Of a stretch of DNA of 64,000 nucleotides, positions 27,887 to 41,381 are shown piece after piece; the stretch's first letter is position 1; every line of letters starts with the position of its first letter. Both the position numbers and the translations under genes were made by a program. The notes below the pieces were generated by a model, which saw only the letters and a list, made by a program, of their open reading frames with translations, made no database searches and was not told the origin of the DNA. This DNA comes from Cycas panzhihuaensis. Taxonomy: Eukaryota; Plantae; Cycadophyta. The DNA lies in contig CM041465.1 of the NCBI GenBank assembly GCA_023213395.1, positions 60,333,741 through 60,397,740 of the forward strand. Direction: 5' to 3'.

Positions 27887-29902
27887 GTTGTTGAATACTA
27901 CATGCAAACATGAGAAGAGTGAGGGGAGGTCGGAACCTGAGCTCCGAGTCAAAGAAGCTAAAAGTCAAAGGGAATCAAAGTGAGCAGGATGGGGATACTA
28001 CATCTACTGTAACCCAATGTATTATGACCCTGAACTCATGGACCAAATCCTGATGGCACTGAAGGAGGATAGCAGGAAAGCCAAAATGGACGCAGACATA
28101 GTTCACACCATCACAAGACTTCCAAATGAAGGAGAAGTTCCACTGGGAACAAAATGGTCAGAAGTTGACCGAGAAATGTGGTTGAGGGAATTGTGTCAAC
28201 CCAACACTCAGATTATGTCCGGTGGAATCCGTGTAGTAGACATTATGGATGTTAGACTTCAGTGGGTGGCAAAAGTGATAAATTCCAGATTTTTGTCCAA
28301 ACGGAAGTACACCTACATTCAGGGAGGCATGATGCAGGTGTTGTTGAAAATTCGGGATGGGGAAAAGCTGAATTGGTCCAAATTCTTGGCGGAGAACATG
28401 AGGCAGCAGCTCAAAGAGATTAGGACACACCCATTTCGACATCCCTCCTTGCTTTTGGCCATTCTACTCTATCAGTGTCCAGATGTGCAATTGACCAAGA
28501 CCACTATTTCTCCACGGGAGCCAATCATCAAACAATGGGCAGCAGAATTTCCAGACACAGTTAATAGTCTGGAAGCAAAGAGAAGAGTACAAAAACAGAT
28601 GCAAAAGGTACTTACCTGGTTACAAAAGACACCAGGAACGCCCATTCCCCTTCGGACAAAACAGGTTGTCCATAGAAGAGGTAAGAGGAAGAAGGGAGAA
28701 AAAGAATCAGAGGAGGAGGAAGAAGAAGCAGAGGCCTCCTGGGAAGAATGGGAAGACTTCCCTTAGGCAACGGAGGCAGGGGAACTCTTAGCACCTCCTA
28801 CACCACATGACAAAGCGGGACCCATCATTCAATTGATTCAGGGAATGGAGGAAGGGTATAAAGCTGAGATAGTTGCCCTTCAAGACAAAATAAAAGAAAA
28901 GGATGTTATCATTGCCACTCTAACCTAGATCAATGAAGAGATTTTGGGAGGATAGAGGCAGCAGGAGCCGCCTTGAGACAGAGCGGGGGAGGGATACCCC
29001 GAAATTTTGAAAATTTTTGGAGTTTTGTTGAGCAAGGATGCTCAAACCCATAACTGTTGACCCAGGATAGATGTTGGGGTATAAAGTGATCCAATGGTTG
29101 TGGGAAGACCAGAGGTAGGTCAGGTAACCTGAGTTGTGCAGGTACGGACCGTACGGAGGTACGCACGAGGCAAAATGGCGAAGAAATCAACATTTTGGGT
29201 ACGTATGACAGGTGCGTACCTGGAACAGGTACGTATGACAGATACATACCAACGGCGGAACGGAATCGAGCAGAAGCGGTACGCACGACTCAAAGGGACC
29301 AGTGGAGGCTTGTGAAGCGCTGGACGTCGTGCGGACGCATGGATCTAAAGAGTCATTAATTAAGTGCCTAACAAGTGATTAATGAAAGTGCGTATATGAT
29401 GAAGAATGCGGTTATGACGGCGATTATAACCCTTCACCAAAAGGTACCAATAAGAGTACTTAAGGAGGTGCGCATGAACCACGAGGTTAGGGTGAGAGCC
29501 GATTATCACGGTGCGGAAGGTGCGGAAGCCGGACGTATGACGGTCGGTTGGAGCAACATTGTATGATAAGTACCATCCGGTACGCATATGTAATGAAGGA
29601 TTGTATCTTCTTTGGAATGCACAAGAATGCATTCCGGCCTACGTAATTGAACCGATTACTTAATAAAAGGAAGAGTTACGTGGAAAAGCGTGTATTCTTT
29701 GTGTTATGATGATGAAATCTTTGAGTATGTGTTGAATTACGTCTTGCTTTGTTTACCATTGTGGTATGATTCTGTGAAATATCTGTGGAATGTATGTGAA
29801 TAACCATGTTGACAGTATCCTGAACTAGACTATAGCACTGTGTAACCTTGACAAGTGTAGGGGTATCTTATAAGTGTAAAAAGAAAACCTCCAAAGTCAA
29901 CA
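27887..29902 (+). mobile_element. 5'-truncated Ty3 element (extra ORF + 3' LTR 29072-29902), related to the 41382-49311 element
   Basis: LTR TGTTG...GTCAACA; TGTTGACCC.GATAGA before the LTR as at 48579; homologous accessory ORF; left boundary approximate. Confidence 0.8.
28017..28766 (+). CDS. Retrotransposon accessory protein (249-aa open frame; in-frame coiled-coil-like tail continues past TAG to ~28980)
   Basis: Colinear homology with the disrupted copy at ~47540-48530 (e.g. THPFRHPSLLL vs THPFR*PSLLL). Confidence 0.7.
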   Translation: MYYDPELMDQILMALKEDSRKAKMDADIVHTITRLPNEGEVPLGTKWSEVDREMWLRELCQPNTQIMSGGIRVVDIMDVRLQWVAKVINSRFLSKRKYTYIQGGMMQVLLKIRDGEKLNWSKFLAENMRQQLKEIRTHPFRHPSLLLAILLYQCPDVQLTKTTISPREPIIKQWAAEFPDTVNSLEAKRRVQKQMQKVLTWLQKTPGTPIPLRTKQVVHRRGKRKKGEKESEEEEEEAEASWEEWEDFP

Positions 29903-30739
29903 GTGGTATCTACGATTGTGAAAAAAGGGTCCAATCTATGGTACCCACCAAGAGATTCATACACCAAAATTTTGTTTGTGAATCTAATTCTAGTAGCCAT
30001 AATTTTGCCTTGGATGAAGTTGAAGAACAACAAGTCATCAATGAACGAAAGCAATGAAGGATGATATCTAACAGAGTATTAGCATGCCAGTCTCGAATGT
30101 GGAAGTAGAAGCATCTTGATGAGTTGCGTGTTCAGGTTGTACGCATGAGAGTTGAGCTGTGAGATGAATCAACATCAAAGATGAATGAAGGCAAATTAAT
30201 CAATGCAAAGGTGACGGAAAATCACTAGATGCAAATAATGTTAACTGGCAACAGCTTAGGATAAAGACTTTTTTATGTTTTGTAATATATAAATTAAATT
30301 AAGTTATTTTTTATTGTATTTTGAGGTTTGAAGCTCCCTAGGTTGTTAGCCCCCGGTCACCTTGGGCATAAAGGTGCTAGGTTGTTTTCTAGCCCATAAA
30401 AAAGTCCTTTGTAAAAGCTGAGATCACTTTTTCACTGTGGTTTTTAATGATCTTCATGATGAACATGGTCATATGATAATATTTCGACTCCTTGCGTGGT
30501 ATCCAATGAGTTTACATGTTTTGTCGGTAGTTTACGAAGTGACTAAAGACCTATAGTTAGTATTTCTTAATAAAAATGAGTGTATGCTATTTTAGGGCTA
30601 TTTAATGCCCACTGCTCTTTTGTGTTTTTGTTGTATTTTTTATTAAATATGGGTGGAAATGCTTGTTTTCTGGTTCAAGTGAATTGCCTCAAACTTCCTG
30701 TCTCTTCCATGTTGGTCAACAACATGAAAATATATCCAA

Positions 30740-33700
30740 TGTTGTATGGTACATCGACTCAGGTGTTTCCAGACATATGATGGGTAGATTGGAATGGTTC
30801 AAACATATGTGGGAAGTGATTAGCCATATAGTTTTCTTAGGTGACAAAAATGTGCTCACTATCAACCGCATAGGGGTAGTACCAGTAATTACTCATGATT
30901 GTGATTATTACTATATGGAGAATGTATTATATGTGCCATGTTTGAAAATGAATATGATTTCTATCAGTTAAATAGAGGACAATAGGATGAGTGTTTTCTT
31001 TAAAGATGGAAAAGCTATCATTAATGATTATGAAGGAAAGACGATCGCAGGAGGACCAAGGGATAATTGTCTTTATAGGCGTTTAGGTTAGTGTGTAAAC
31101 CAAAGAGCTTATTTGACTGTTGATATGTTTAATAAGATTCAACTATGGCATGAAATGTTGGGGCATCTACACTTTCCTGGCCTTTGGTTGATGAATAAAC
31201 TGAATATGGTGCATGGTCTCCCAAAATTCAAAGCAGAAAAGGGTATCTGTAAACCCTATATATTTGGAATGCAACATAAGGAAAAGGTTCCTAGAGGAAA
31301 GGCTTGGAGAGCAACTGTAAAATTGAGCCTGATCCACTCTAATATATGCGTTCCTATGTCAACCACTTCGCTGAGAGGTGCAAGGTATTTTTTGACCATC
31401 ATGGATGGCTTTTCAAGGAAACTCCAGGCTTATCCTTCGAAGGAAAAGCCTAAGGCATTCGACATGTTTAAAGAATTCAAAGCAAAAGTAGATAATGAAA
31501 GTGGACAAAGAATCAAGATATTGAGATCAGATAATGTAGGAGAATACACCTCCATAGTATTTATCCAATTTTGCAAGCATTATGGCATAAAGGAGTAGTT
31601 GATGGCCGCATATACTCCTTAGCATAATGGAGTACTTGAGAGGATGAATAGAACGTAGGTTGATAAGGCTAAGTCAATGATGAAGGCCAGAAACTTCTCA
31701 GACATCTTTTGGGCAAAAGTAGTTTATACAATAGCTTACTTTATAAACATGAGTATAATTAAAGCTATAAAGAACTAAACACCTGAAGAAGCATGGTCGG
31801 GTTGTAAACCTACATTTAACCACCTTAGAATCTTTGGAAGCATAACATATATGCATGTTCCCAAAGAGAAATGCCAAAAGTTTGATGATAAAAGTTCCAG
31901 GTGCATTCTCATTGGCTATAGTGAAGAAAGCAAAGCACACTGTACGTATGAATTGACATCTAAAAAGGTGCATACTATTTGGGATGTTATCTTCGAAGAG
32001 GAACAAGCTTCATATTAGATTCAAGATTTGGACACTTTTGAAGATATGGCAAAACAAAGGAAAGCGAGTCGAGGAACAACTAGAATCAAGTTCTTTGAGA
32101 CAACAGTTTGTCGAGCCTAAAACAGAGCCAAAAAAGGAGGAAGAAATTGAAGAGGAGTTTGAAGATGCTCAGGAGACACAGTTAGAACTTGGGGTCACTC
32201 TGCCTATTAAAAAAATTTTCAAATGGTATTTAAAAACTATGGTTGAAGCTTAATTACTCGAGAGAAAAGGCAAACGAAAGTCAAAGATGAGACTAGATAT
32301 GGTCAATTTTGCCTTGATGATAGATGTGTTAGATGTTGATGAGCCTTCAAGTTTTAAGGAGGCCAATCGGTAGAAGAAGTGGAAGATAGGTATGGATGTT
32401 AAAATCCATGTTGTTGAGCAGAACAAAACTTGGGATTTGGTTGATTTGCTAATAGGCAAGCAGGCGATTGGATGTAAATGGGTCTACAAGACCAAATTTA
32501 GATTAGGTGGCATAGTTGATAAACATAAGGCCAGATTGGTAGCCAAAGGATTCAAGCAGACAGGAGGTATTGATTAATAGGAAACATTTGCTGCAGTAGC
32601 AAAGATGGTGACAATTAGACCGATATTGGCAATAGTTGTTCCGTTCAAATGGTAGTTACATTGGCTTGATGTCAAGAGTGCCTTCCTTAATGGAGATCTT
32701 GCAGAAGAGGTTTCTATGGATCAACCACTTGGATATGTTGTTAAGGGCAAAGAACACTTAGTATGCTGTTTGAAGAAGGTTTTGTGTAGCCTTAAATAGG
32801 CTCCAAGAGCCTAGTATTCCAAGATTGATCAATATTTTTTAAATAATGGGTTTGAGAGATCATCAGTAGATCCAAACCTGTATATCAAGGTTCAAGGAAA
32901 TTTAGTCATATTTATAGTTCTATATGTAGATGATCTTGTGATCACAGGGAATAACACCTAAAAGGTTGAAAGCCTGAAGAATGATCTCAAGAAGATATTT
33001 GAGATGACAAATCTTGGATTGCTCCACTATTTTTTGGGAGTGGAAGTATGATAGGAGTCTGAAAACATCTTTATTTCATAGGCTAAGTATGCATGGAAAA
33101 TTCTGAAGAAGTTCAGAATGGAGGACTGTAAACTTGTCCATAGTCCCATGGAAATGGGTTTAAAGTTAACAACTCTAGATGATGATGATGAGCAAGTTGA
33201 TGGCATAATGTTCATACCGCTAGTTGGTATTTTAATTTATTTGACTACTACTAGGCTTGATATCTCTTTTGCAGTTGGTATGTTGTCAAGGTTCATGGCT
33301 AAATCAAAGTAGGGCCATTGGAAAGCTGCAAAGGGGATGTTGAGATATTTGTAGGGGACACTATAGTTTGGATTAGAGTTTAGTTAGAATAACAATTTCA
33401 ACCTAATCAGATATTTAGATTCTAATTAGGTTGGATGTGAGGATAGCAGAAGGGTCCACTTCAGGTTATTGCTTCAGTATGGGTTTTGCGATTGTCACTT
33501 GGAGTAGTAAGAAACAACCTAGTGTTGTTTTATCATCTACTGAGGAAGAATATAAAGTTGTTGCTGCTGCTACTTGTGAGGCCATTTGGTTAAGGCAAGT
33601 GCTTGGTGATTTGGGATTACATTAGGAGGAGGTGATTACATTGTACTATGACAATCAAAGTACCTTAAAGATTGTCAAGAATCCAATATTCCATGCATGC

Positions 33701-33875
33701 ACCAAACACATTAAGATACATCATCATTTCATTAGGGAATAGATCCAAAATGGTGGAGCTTCCATACAGACCAACAGAGGAGCAGTTTGTTAGTATTTTC
33801 ACCAAATCTCTATCCAAGGATTAGTTTAATAAGTTTAGATTTTGTATTGGCATTAAAGCCAATGATATGAACATT
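30740..33875 (+). pseudogene. Copia pol (PR-INT-RT-RNaseH), disrupted
   Basis: WYIDSGVSRHM; LWHEMLGHL; IKILRSDNVGEY; IGCKWVYKTK...KARLVAKGF; LYVDDL; STSGYCF...WSSKKQ. Confidence 0.95.
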
Positions 33876-34172
33876 AAGGGGGAGTTTAGACTAATGTTCA
33901 TATGTGTATGAAATAGGATAGGTGAGTCGTAGGAGTTACAAAGTCCTAAATGGACTTGTGATAAGTGTCAGGGTAGCTACACATTCTTTTGTTGACTGTT
34001 ATCGATCCCGCTTGTATATTAATCTGTTGTGTATTATGTGTAGGTGATTGAGTTGGGTAAATGAGTTCTTAATGAATGAAAATTTTCTTTTAGAGGTAGA
34101 CCAATTCTACTTGTAAACTTATGTCTATATGCTCGTGTTTGGTCCATATTTTGATTCTTAATTCACACCAAC

Positions 34173-36715
34173 CCGTTTGCTTCTTTAGTTATTCTGATCA
34201 AGAAAAGGGATGGATCATATTAGATGTGTGTTGACTATTGTGCTCTAAATAAAATAACATTAAAAAATAGGTATTTGACACCGCAGATTGATGATTTGTT
34301 AGATGAATTACATGGCGCCAAGTTCTTCTCTAAGATTGATATTTGCTCTAAATATCATCGAATTTGCATCAAGACGATGACTTATCTATGGCAGCCTTCT
34401 AGAGACGCAAAGAATTGTTTAAATTTTGAGTTATGCCATTCACGTTGATTGACTAATGTGCCTGTAACCTTCCAATACACTATGAATACAATACTTAAGC
34501 CATTTTTTAGAAAATTTGTCTTGGTAATTTTTGGTGACATTATAATCTATAGCCATACATGGGACAACTACTTAAAGCGTTTGCGAGAAGTATTGTAGGT
34601 TTTTGAAAAAAATTAGTTCTTTGCAAACGAGTCCAAATACACGTTTGGACAAACGAAATTGGAATACGTGGGCCATATCATTACCTAAGACGAAGTCAAG
34701 ATGGATCCCATAATTGTAAATTGGCCTATGTTAATCGATGTTACAGGTGTCAAGTTTTCTGGGAGTGAATGGGTTCTTGCAATGTAGCATAGCAACACCC
34801 TTGACCGGCATCATGAAGAAGGAAGCATTCCTTTGGCATGATCTAGCAGAGAAGGCTTTCTAAGGATTAAGGAGTGCCATGGTCACAACCCCCATCGTGG
34901 CCAAGCTAAACTTTTGTGAACTATTCATTTTGGAATGTGATGCATCTAAAGTAGGATTAAGAATAGTTCTTCTTCCAAACCATTGACCCATAGCTTATGA
35001 AAGTCAGAAACTAAATGCATGAGAAAGATTGAAACATATTCACATACCATCCAACAATGGCGATAGCACTTAGTAGGCAACAAATTCTTGGTCAAGATAG
35101 ATCATGACAGCCTTAAGTATTCCCTTAATGAAGGCTCCTTATCAAGTGAACAACAAAAATGGGTAAGCAAGCTACAATGATTTGATTTTGATATCATTTA
35201 TAAGAAGGGAAAAGAGAACATGGTTGCAGATGTATTATCCAGGATTCTGAAACAAACAGCATGCAAGGCTATCTTAGTGGTCAAACCCAATTGGACACAT
35301 GAATTGGTACAGGAATACAATGAAGATCTAGCATCACAATAGATACCCCAAAATATTCAAGAAGGGATACAAATAGATTATGAATTATGGAATGATTTGA
35401 TATTATATTGGGGGAAGACCTTCGTCCCTTATTGCTCAACACTCAAGGAGAAGTGCCTCCAAGAAGCTCATGCAACACTGTTGATAGGACACATAAGCAC
35501 TAACAAAATATATCGCCAAATCTATAATATATTTTCTTAGAAGGGATTGAAGGTAGATGTCTACAAGCTTGTTTCTAAATGCGACAATTATCAAAGAAAT
35601 AAAAATGAAAGCATCAGAATTCTAGGATTATTTCAATCATTACATGTGTGAGAACAAAAATGGGAAGAAATATCAATGGATTTTATTATAGGTCTACCTA
35701 GATTAGAGGGCAAAGATTTGATATTTGTTGGAGTGGATCGACTAGCTAAGTATGCATACTTTAGAGGTATGTAATCCACAACTAAGGCTAGCCAGTTTGT
35801 TGATTTGTTTGTTAAAGAAAGACATAGGTTGCATGGTTTTCCCAAGGTCATAATAAGCGATAGTGACCCAAAATTCACAAACAACTTTTGAGAAGAGATG
35901 TTTTTAACACATAAGAACTAAGATCATGATGAGCACAACACATCATCCCAAAACAAATGGATAGACATAAGTAATAAACAAATGTTTGGAAGGCTATTTG
36001 AGGAATTGGATAAGCAACAATGTTAGAATAAATGGTTACATCTCGTTGAATGGTGGTACAACATTATCTATCATATATCACCTAAAACAATGTCTTTTCA
36101 GCACCTTATGGATATGAGCCCCAATCCCTCCTCACATGGGCTAATGATTCCAACGTACCTACTGTATAGGATGAACAATAATAAATCGCTTAGACATTAC
36201 AAATTTTGAAGGACAATCTGAACTTAGCAAGGAACCCGATGAAGCAATGAGCTAACTTGCATAGATTTGAAAGATTGTTTGAGAAAGGGTATTAGGTATT
36301 TTTAAGGTTTCAACTATACTAACAATGTACCCTGAAACAGACGGGGAGTCATAAATTGCAACAATGATTTTATGGGCCTTATAAGATCCTAGAAAAGCTA
36401 GGAGAAGCAGCCTATTAGTTAGATCTACTACCCACCAATGAAGTGCACAATGTGTTCCATGTTTCTTGTCTCAAATTGAAATTGGGACAAACCACAACAG
36501 TACAGACATAATATCTAGTACTAGACAAAGAGGGGAAGTTGGCCATAGAACCTAAAGGCATGCTCCAGATTTGAACCAAACAACTTTGATCCAAGGAGAT
36601 TCAAGAGCATTTGATCAAATGGAAGAATCTTGATAAGGAAGATGCCATGTGGGAATTTGAAGCATGGTACCAATAGCATTCCCACATCTCTATTCTTTGA
36701 GGGCAAAGCAAATTC
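34173..36715 (+). pseudogene. RT-RNaseH-integrase-chromodomain of the outer Ty3 element
   Basis: MCVDYCALNKIT...FFSKIDI; CDASK; [13 protein letters not shown]; HNVFHVSCLK; EHLIKWKNLDKEDAMWE chromodomain ~36590-36660. Confidence 0.92.
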
Positions 36716-37382
36716 TCAGTAAGGGGGACTTGAAGGTTTTTTTTTTTTTTTTTCCTGGTTGACTTTCTCTCAAGGTCTAGTTGACTTTTTTTGTTTAGAT
36801 TTTGGTTGACCCTATTTATAAAAATTGACTTTTCATGTAGCTTTTCTTTTTCTAGTCGACTTCCTCTTAAGTCTGGCTGACTTATTTTCTTTAGATTTTG
36901 GCTGACCTTCTCTTAAGTTTGGTTGGCTTCTTTTCTTTGAATTTTGGATGACCTTCTTTATTAAAACAAACTTTTCTTGTAGCATTTCTTTTTCTAGTCA
37001 ACTTCCTCTTAAGTTTGGCTGACTTATTTTCTTTAGATTTTGGTTGACCATCTTTATAAAAACCAACTTCTCTCTTCACCTATATTGAGGGCATCTTGTC
37101 CCCATTTGGAAATCATAATTAGAATATATTTAGTCTATTATTTTTTGGCCCTAGTTCGGATCTGCTCTAGGAGGACACCTCGCCTCCAATATGGGACATT
37201 CTGCTCTATTCCATATTTGTAAGATTTTGACTATCTTATGAATAATATTGAGCTGCCATTATTGTTTTTGTGATTAGTATTTTTAGTAAATGTTTGAGAT
37301 CTATTATTTTATATTATAATTGTCATAATATTACATAGCATATTTGGATTTGCTCTACAAAATAGCATAGAATTTGTGTGTT

Positions 37383-37935
37383 TGTATGAGGTAGAAGAAG
37401 CCACAAGAATTTTGAGAAACGGATGGTAGTTATGTGTCAAGTGTGACCATAGGCAGAGTTAGGTTGTACCAAGTACAACCAAATGCGACCAAGACTGAGT
37501 AAGGTTGTACCAAGTGCGACCAAGAATGACCAAGTCACAATCTGGTGCTCAAGTGCAACCAAAACTGCGACCAAACAATAATAGTAACTGTCAAAGAAGG
37601 GATCACATGATTAATTGTATAGAATCAGTTGAACAGTTATAATTGGAATTGTAACAGTGTAACTGAAACGACATATTTAAGATAATCGTACTTTGTATCG
37701 ATGTGTATATCGGTGCATAGGTAGTTAGGACATCTTGATAGAATTGTTGGCTGTACATCTGCTATTGCAAGCCTTCTACTGTGTACTTGCTTTCGGCCTA
37801 CATCTAGTTGTGAGAGGATTGGACGCAAGGCCTTTATGTAAATAAAGTTTTGGTTGTATGCTTCAATCTATTGTAAACATGCATTGTTCTATTCTCTATT
37901 AAGTAGTTTGGGCGAGAAAGGAAGACCAACGCCCA
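37383..37935 (+). mobile_element. Solo LTR inserted in the 3' LTR of the chromovirus
   Basis: TG...CA termini; perfect TSD GTGTT; absent from the matching 5' LTR; internal GACCAAG repeats. Confidence 0.9.
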
Positions 37936-37984
37936 GTGTTTTAGTTAATTAGTTGTGAATCCCTAGTGGGATTCCCATAGCATG

Positions 37985-38586
37985 GAGTTAATTGATGCAA
38001 GTTGGATAGCTACAGAGGTTCTCATTGTGGTTGATGGGTGGACAAATGCGACAAATAGATTGCTTCTGAATTTCATTGTCACCTCTCTGAAGGATGCATG
38101 CCTCCTAAATATAGTTGATTGTGCTGACAAAAAGAGAACACATAGTTCATTGCAAACATGCTTATAGAAGCAATTGAAACTATGGGGACATAAGATATGG
38201 TGGAGGTAATGATAGATAATGCATACATTTGCAAAACAACATGCATGATTGTAGAAGCTACATGTGACCTCATATTTTGGATTCCATGTGTGGCTTATAG
38301 TTAGCATTTGGTCTAATTTCTCAGGTCGAGGGAATCTATGAAAGAGGGAAGGAGATTGAAATGTTTGTCATCAATCATTAGCAAGCACATGCAATTTTCA
38401 AGATATACTATTGCTTGGTAGTCTTGAAGGTTGTAGAAACATGATTTACAACTTATTCCATCATTCCCAAGCGACTATGTGTAGTTAAGGAATCCTTAGG
38501 AAACATTGGTGTTTTCAAGGGCAAGGACAAAGTGGAGGGCTTCAAATTGTTGGAGAATAATGTTTAATCTATGGTCAATCCATGAT
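37985..38586 (+). mobile_element. hAT transposase DUF659/RNaseH-like region (continuation of 8368-9837), degenerate
   Basis: LIVVDGWTNATNRLLLNFIV; VEVMIDNAYICK; HIFWIPCVAYS. Confidence 0.85.
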
Positions 38587-41381
38587 TGTTGTAATAGTTA
38601 CCCCTCAAATGTTGTGCATTGCCATCTTAAAGACATGCACATTTGTGTAGACATTAATTGGTGAGTTGTAAGACTTTAGAGGTTCACATATTATAATATT
38701 ATTATAATGCACATTTGTGCAAGTAGGTGGTCTATAGGTTATTGGGAAATTAATAAGTGTTATGTCATTAGTTGTGTTATAGGTTAATAGTCCCCCATGT
38801 ACCACACATCATTCTACATATTCTTACTTGTGGTATATAAATAAGGTAAAGTATATTGAGTCAAGATGGAGATTATTGTGGTGTTATGAAGTCATTATGA
38901 TGTAGACATTCTGATTATGAGTTAATGATATTTCCATTATGTTCATGATACTTGTTTCATTGTTCTTGATATTTAATGATCTCTATTAAACATTTTAACA
39001 TGGTATCAGAGTAGGTCGGTTATCAAGCTCAATGTTTTGTAGGTCCACCAATTTATTGATGTGTGTGGAGGTGGCTCTATAGAGCCAACTGTCAGATTGA
39101 GGATCTAATTTTAGAGGGTGAAACCCTAAGGCTGTTATTGTTGCAAGTTGTGCCAAGCTAGTGACCGTGATTGATGTAAGCTAAGAATTATTACTGGGTA
39201 ATACTATTCACTTGCTTTGTGTTAGAGTTTACCCTGTGAAGAAATTGGTTGAGGTGAATTTATGAAGTTGAAATTGATGATGACATATGAATGAATCTGA
39301 ATTTGCTGGTCATTGAATTATGTTTGTACGATGAAAGTGAAGGTTTTGTACCTGTTAGGGTTTGTGTTGAAAATTATTGAGGATTTGATTGGTGAAAATT
39401 GAAATCAATTATCAATTTTATGCAAAAATTGTTTCTCTGAAAAAATCTACCTTGAATAAACCCTGCATACAAAGAGAAGTTAACCACAATCATCTGTAAA
39501 ACCCTAGCCACAATGTGATAAGAAATTCTAGTGGCGATTAACCCCAATGCTCATTGAAAGTCTAAGAAAGGAAGTTGTGCTCAAAACCTATGTTTGATCG
39601 TGAAGAGAAATAGGCACAACTAAAGGAGTAATGTTCGCGAACAGAAGATAAAGAAATGACTATTCATTAAGTTTTGAATGCCCGCCATTGATGATGAGTA
39701 CAACTTGTAAAAGAGCATAAAGAACATGAGCAACCATTCGAATGAAGCTTGTGCAGATAGCATCCATGGAAACAGGGCACAGGAGTCGCCATAATCTCTC
39801 TCATTAAACACATACCGTTTCTTAACTTCCAGTCAGTCTAAAAATATAAGAGCACATCTAAACATGTGCCGCCTTCGGAGGTGTACAAAGCTACTGATCA
39901 CCTCCTCTCTAGTCAAAATATTACCATCTGTTACTCGCTTTTCAAGCGAATTTAGTAATGTATTGTACTTAAGAGTCCAAAACAACTCTAAACAACAGTG
40001 TGGCATTACCAATCTTCTCTAGAGCCTCAGAATCTTGTACATCAATTTTCTCTCCCTCTGCTTCTAATAAATAAGGGTCAACCTAGGCATACTCTAAAGC
40101 ATTATCAAGGGTTTCTAGTTCAGAGAACTCATCTTCGGTATTTGGCAATTCTTGTACTTCTTTGCCATTATTACTAGTAGTAGCATTAATGTCAGTTGCA
40201 TGCAACTCCAATTCAGAAAACTATCTTCGATCGGATGCTCCTCCTCTTTGTCCTATGTACCAACTTGGGACCTAAACCCTCAACTCACTTGTACAAACTT
40301 GAAGGACTTGATGTAAGAAAAGCTTTTCATGACAATATAACCATGGTTTTGGGTGAACTTCATGTTATCACATTCAATGGCCTTGTCTGCGACTGACAAG
40401 GGTATTCCGTTGTCGTTCCAGTTATCTAGTTTGCAGGTACAGACACTTAATGGATTTACCATGGGCTTTGAGATGATTTGTAGTTTTCCTTAATGCCCAC
40501 ATAATTATGTTGAAAAGAGAGTTTGTCACAGTGCCCAGTAGCGACGAATCGTCGCAAGCATCGATGTCCCAGTCAAAGCTAAGATTATATACAAATATCG
40601 TGCTCTAAAACCTACTCGTAGTAGTTGTTGCACAAATAGAGGAAATCCAAAGAAGATCAGATGCCCTCACTGCAAGGTCATCATAGTCACCCGTTGGAGA
40701 ATAGATTGGCTGTAGAAATCAATAATTCAGACAAAACAATTCAATCAGTTTTTTTGTAGGTTCGATTTGCGCGCAGGAGGAGGTTGACATTACAATAATA
40801 AAACTTTGCAAATGATAGATTAAATTTAATTGGATTGAGTATTGGTTTGAAATAGGTGGATGTCAAGTTTCTTAGGGCAGATATTATCATTTTTTTAAAG
40901 TCAAATTTGGAATAAACTAGATTGGAATTTAATTTAAGGTTCGCTAGCCCCTTGGCCATTAAGTGCCTGATCTTATGGAGTCTCAATGTGACCTGACATT
41001 AATCTATTAAAGGGGCTAAAACTCTAGTGACTTCATTTTTTTTTTCATTTGGAGGTGTTTGTACGTTTTTTTTCATATCTCCTCATCCAAGAGTTCGATT
41101 TGCGAACTGTTTGAACCATTGGAATCGTATTTCAGAGACGGTTATTTTGACATATAATTGGAGGGTATTTGTTGTTGATTTGATAGAGTTATCTCAGTTT
41201 GAAGTGAATGCATAAATCTTGTGTGATACACTCTTAAACAACTCATTCTTATAGTCATGGAGTTGAGTGTAGTTTTTGTACCTGAAGAGAATGAGTACTA
41301 CTTAATAGATCTTCCTTTTCCTTTACCTAAGTACACAGGAATAAATTATCGATATTGGGCAATCAAAATGGAAAGTGTATT

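Larger units (their letters stand above)
26683..34167 (+). mobile_element. Ty1/copia element lacking a recognisable gag, inserted in the chromovirus RT
   Basis: LTRs 26683-26968 and ~33885-34167; PBS TGGTATCAGAG 26971; PPT AAGGGGGAG; TSD decayed (CTAGT/CCAAC, transitions only); flanks rejoin as RT. Confidence 0.9.

Noticed and set aside
29903-30600. GTGGTATC after the LTR as the PBS of a new element or the copia gag
   Set aside because: Match is only 7 nt and no gag motifs were recognised downstream; origin left unresolved
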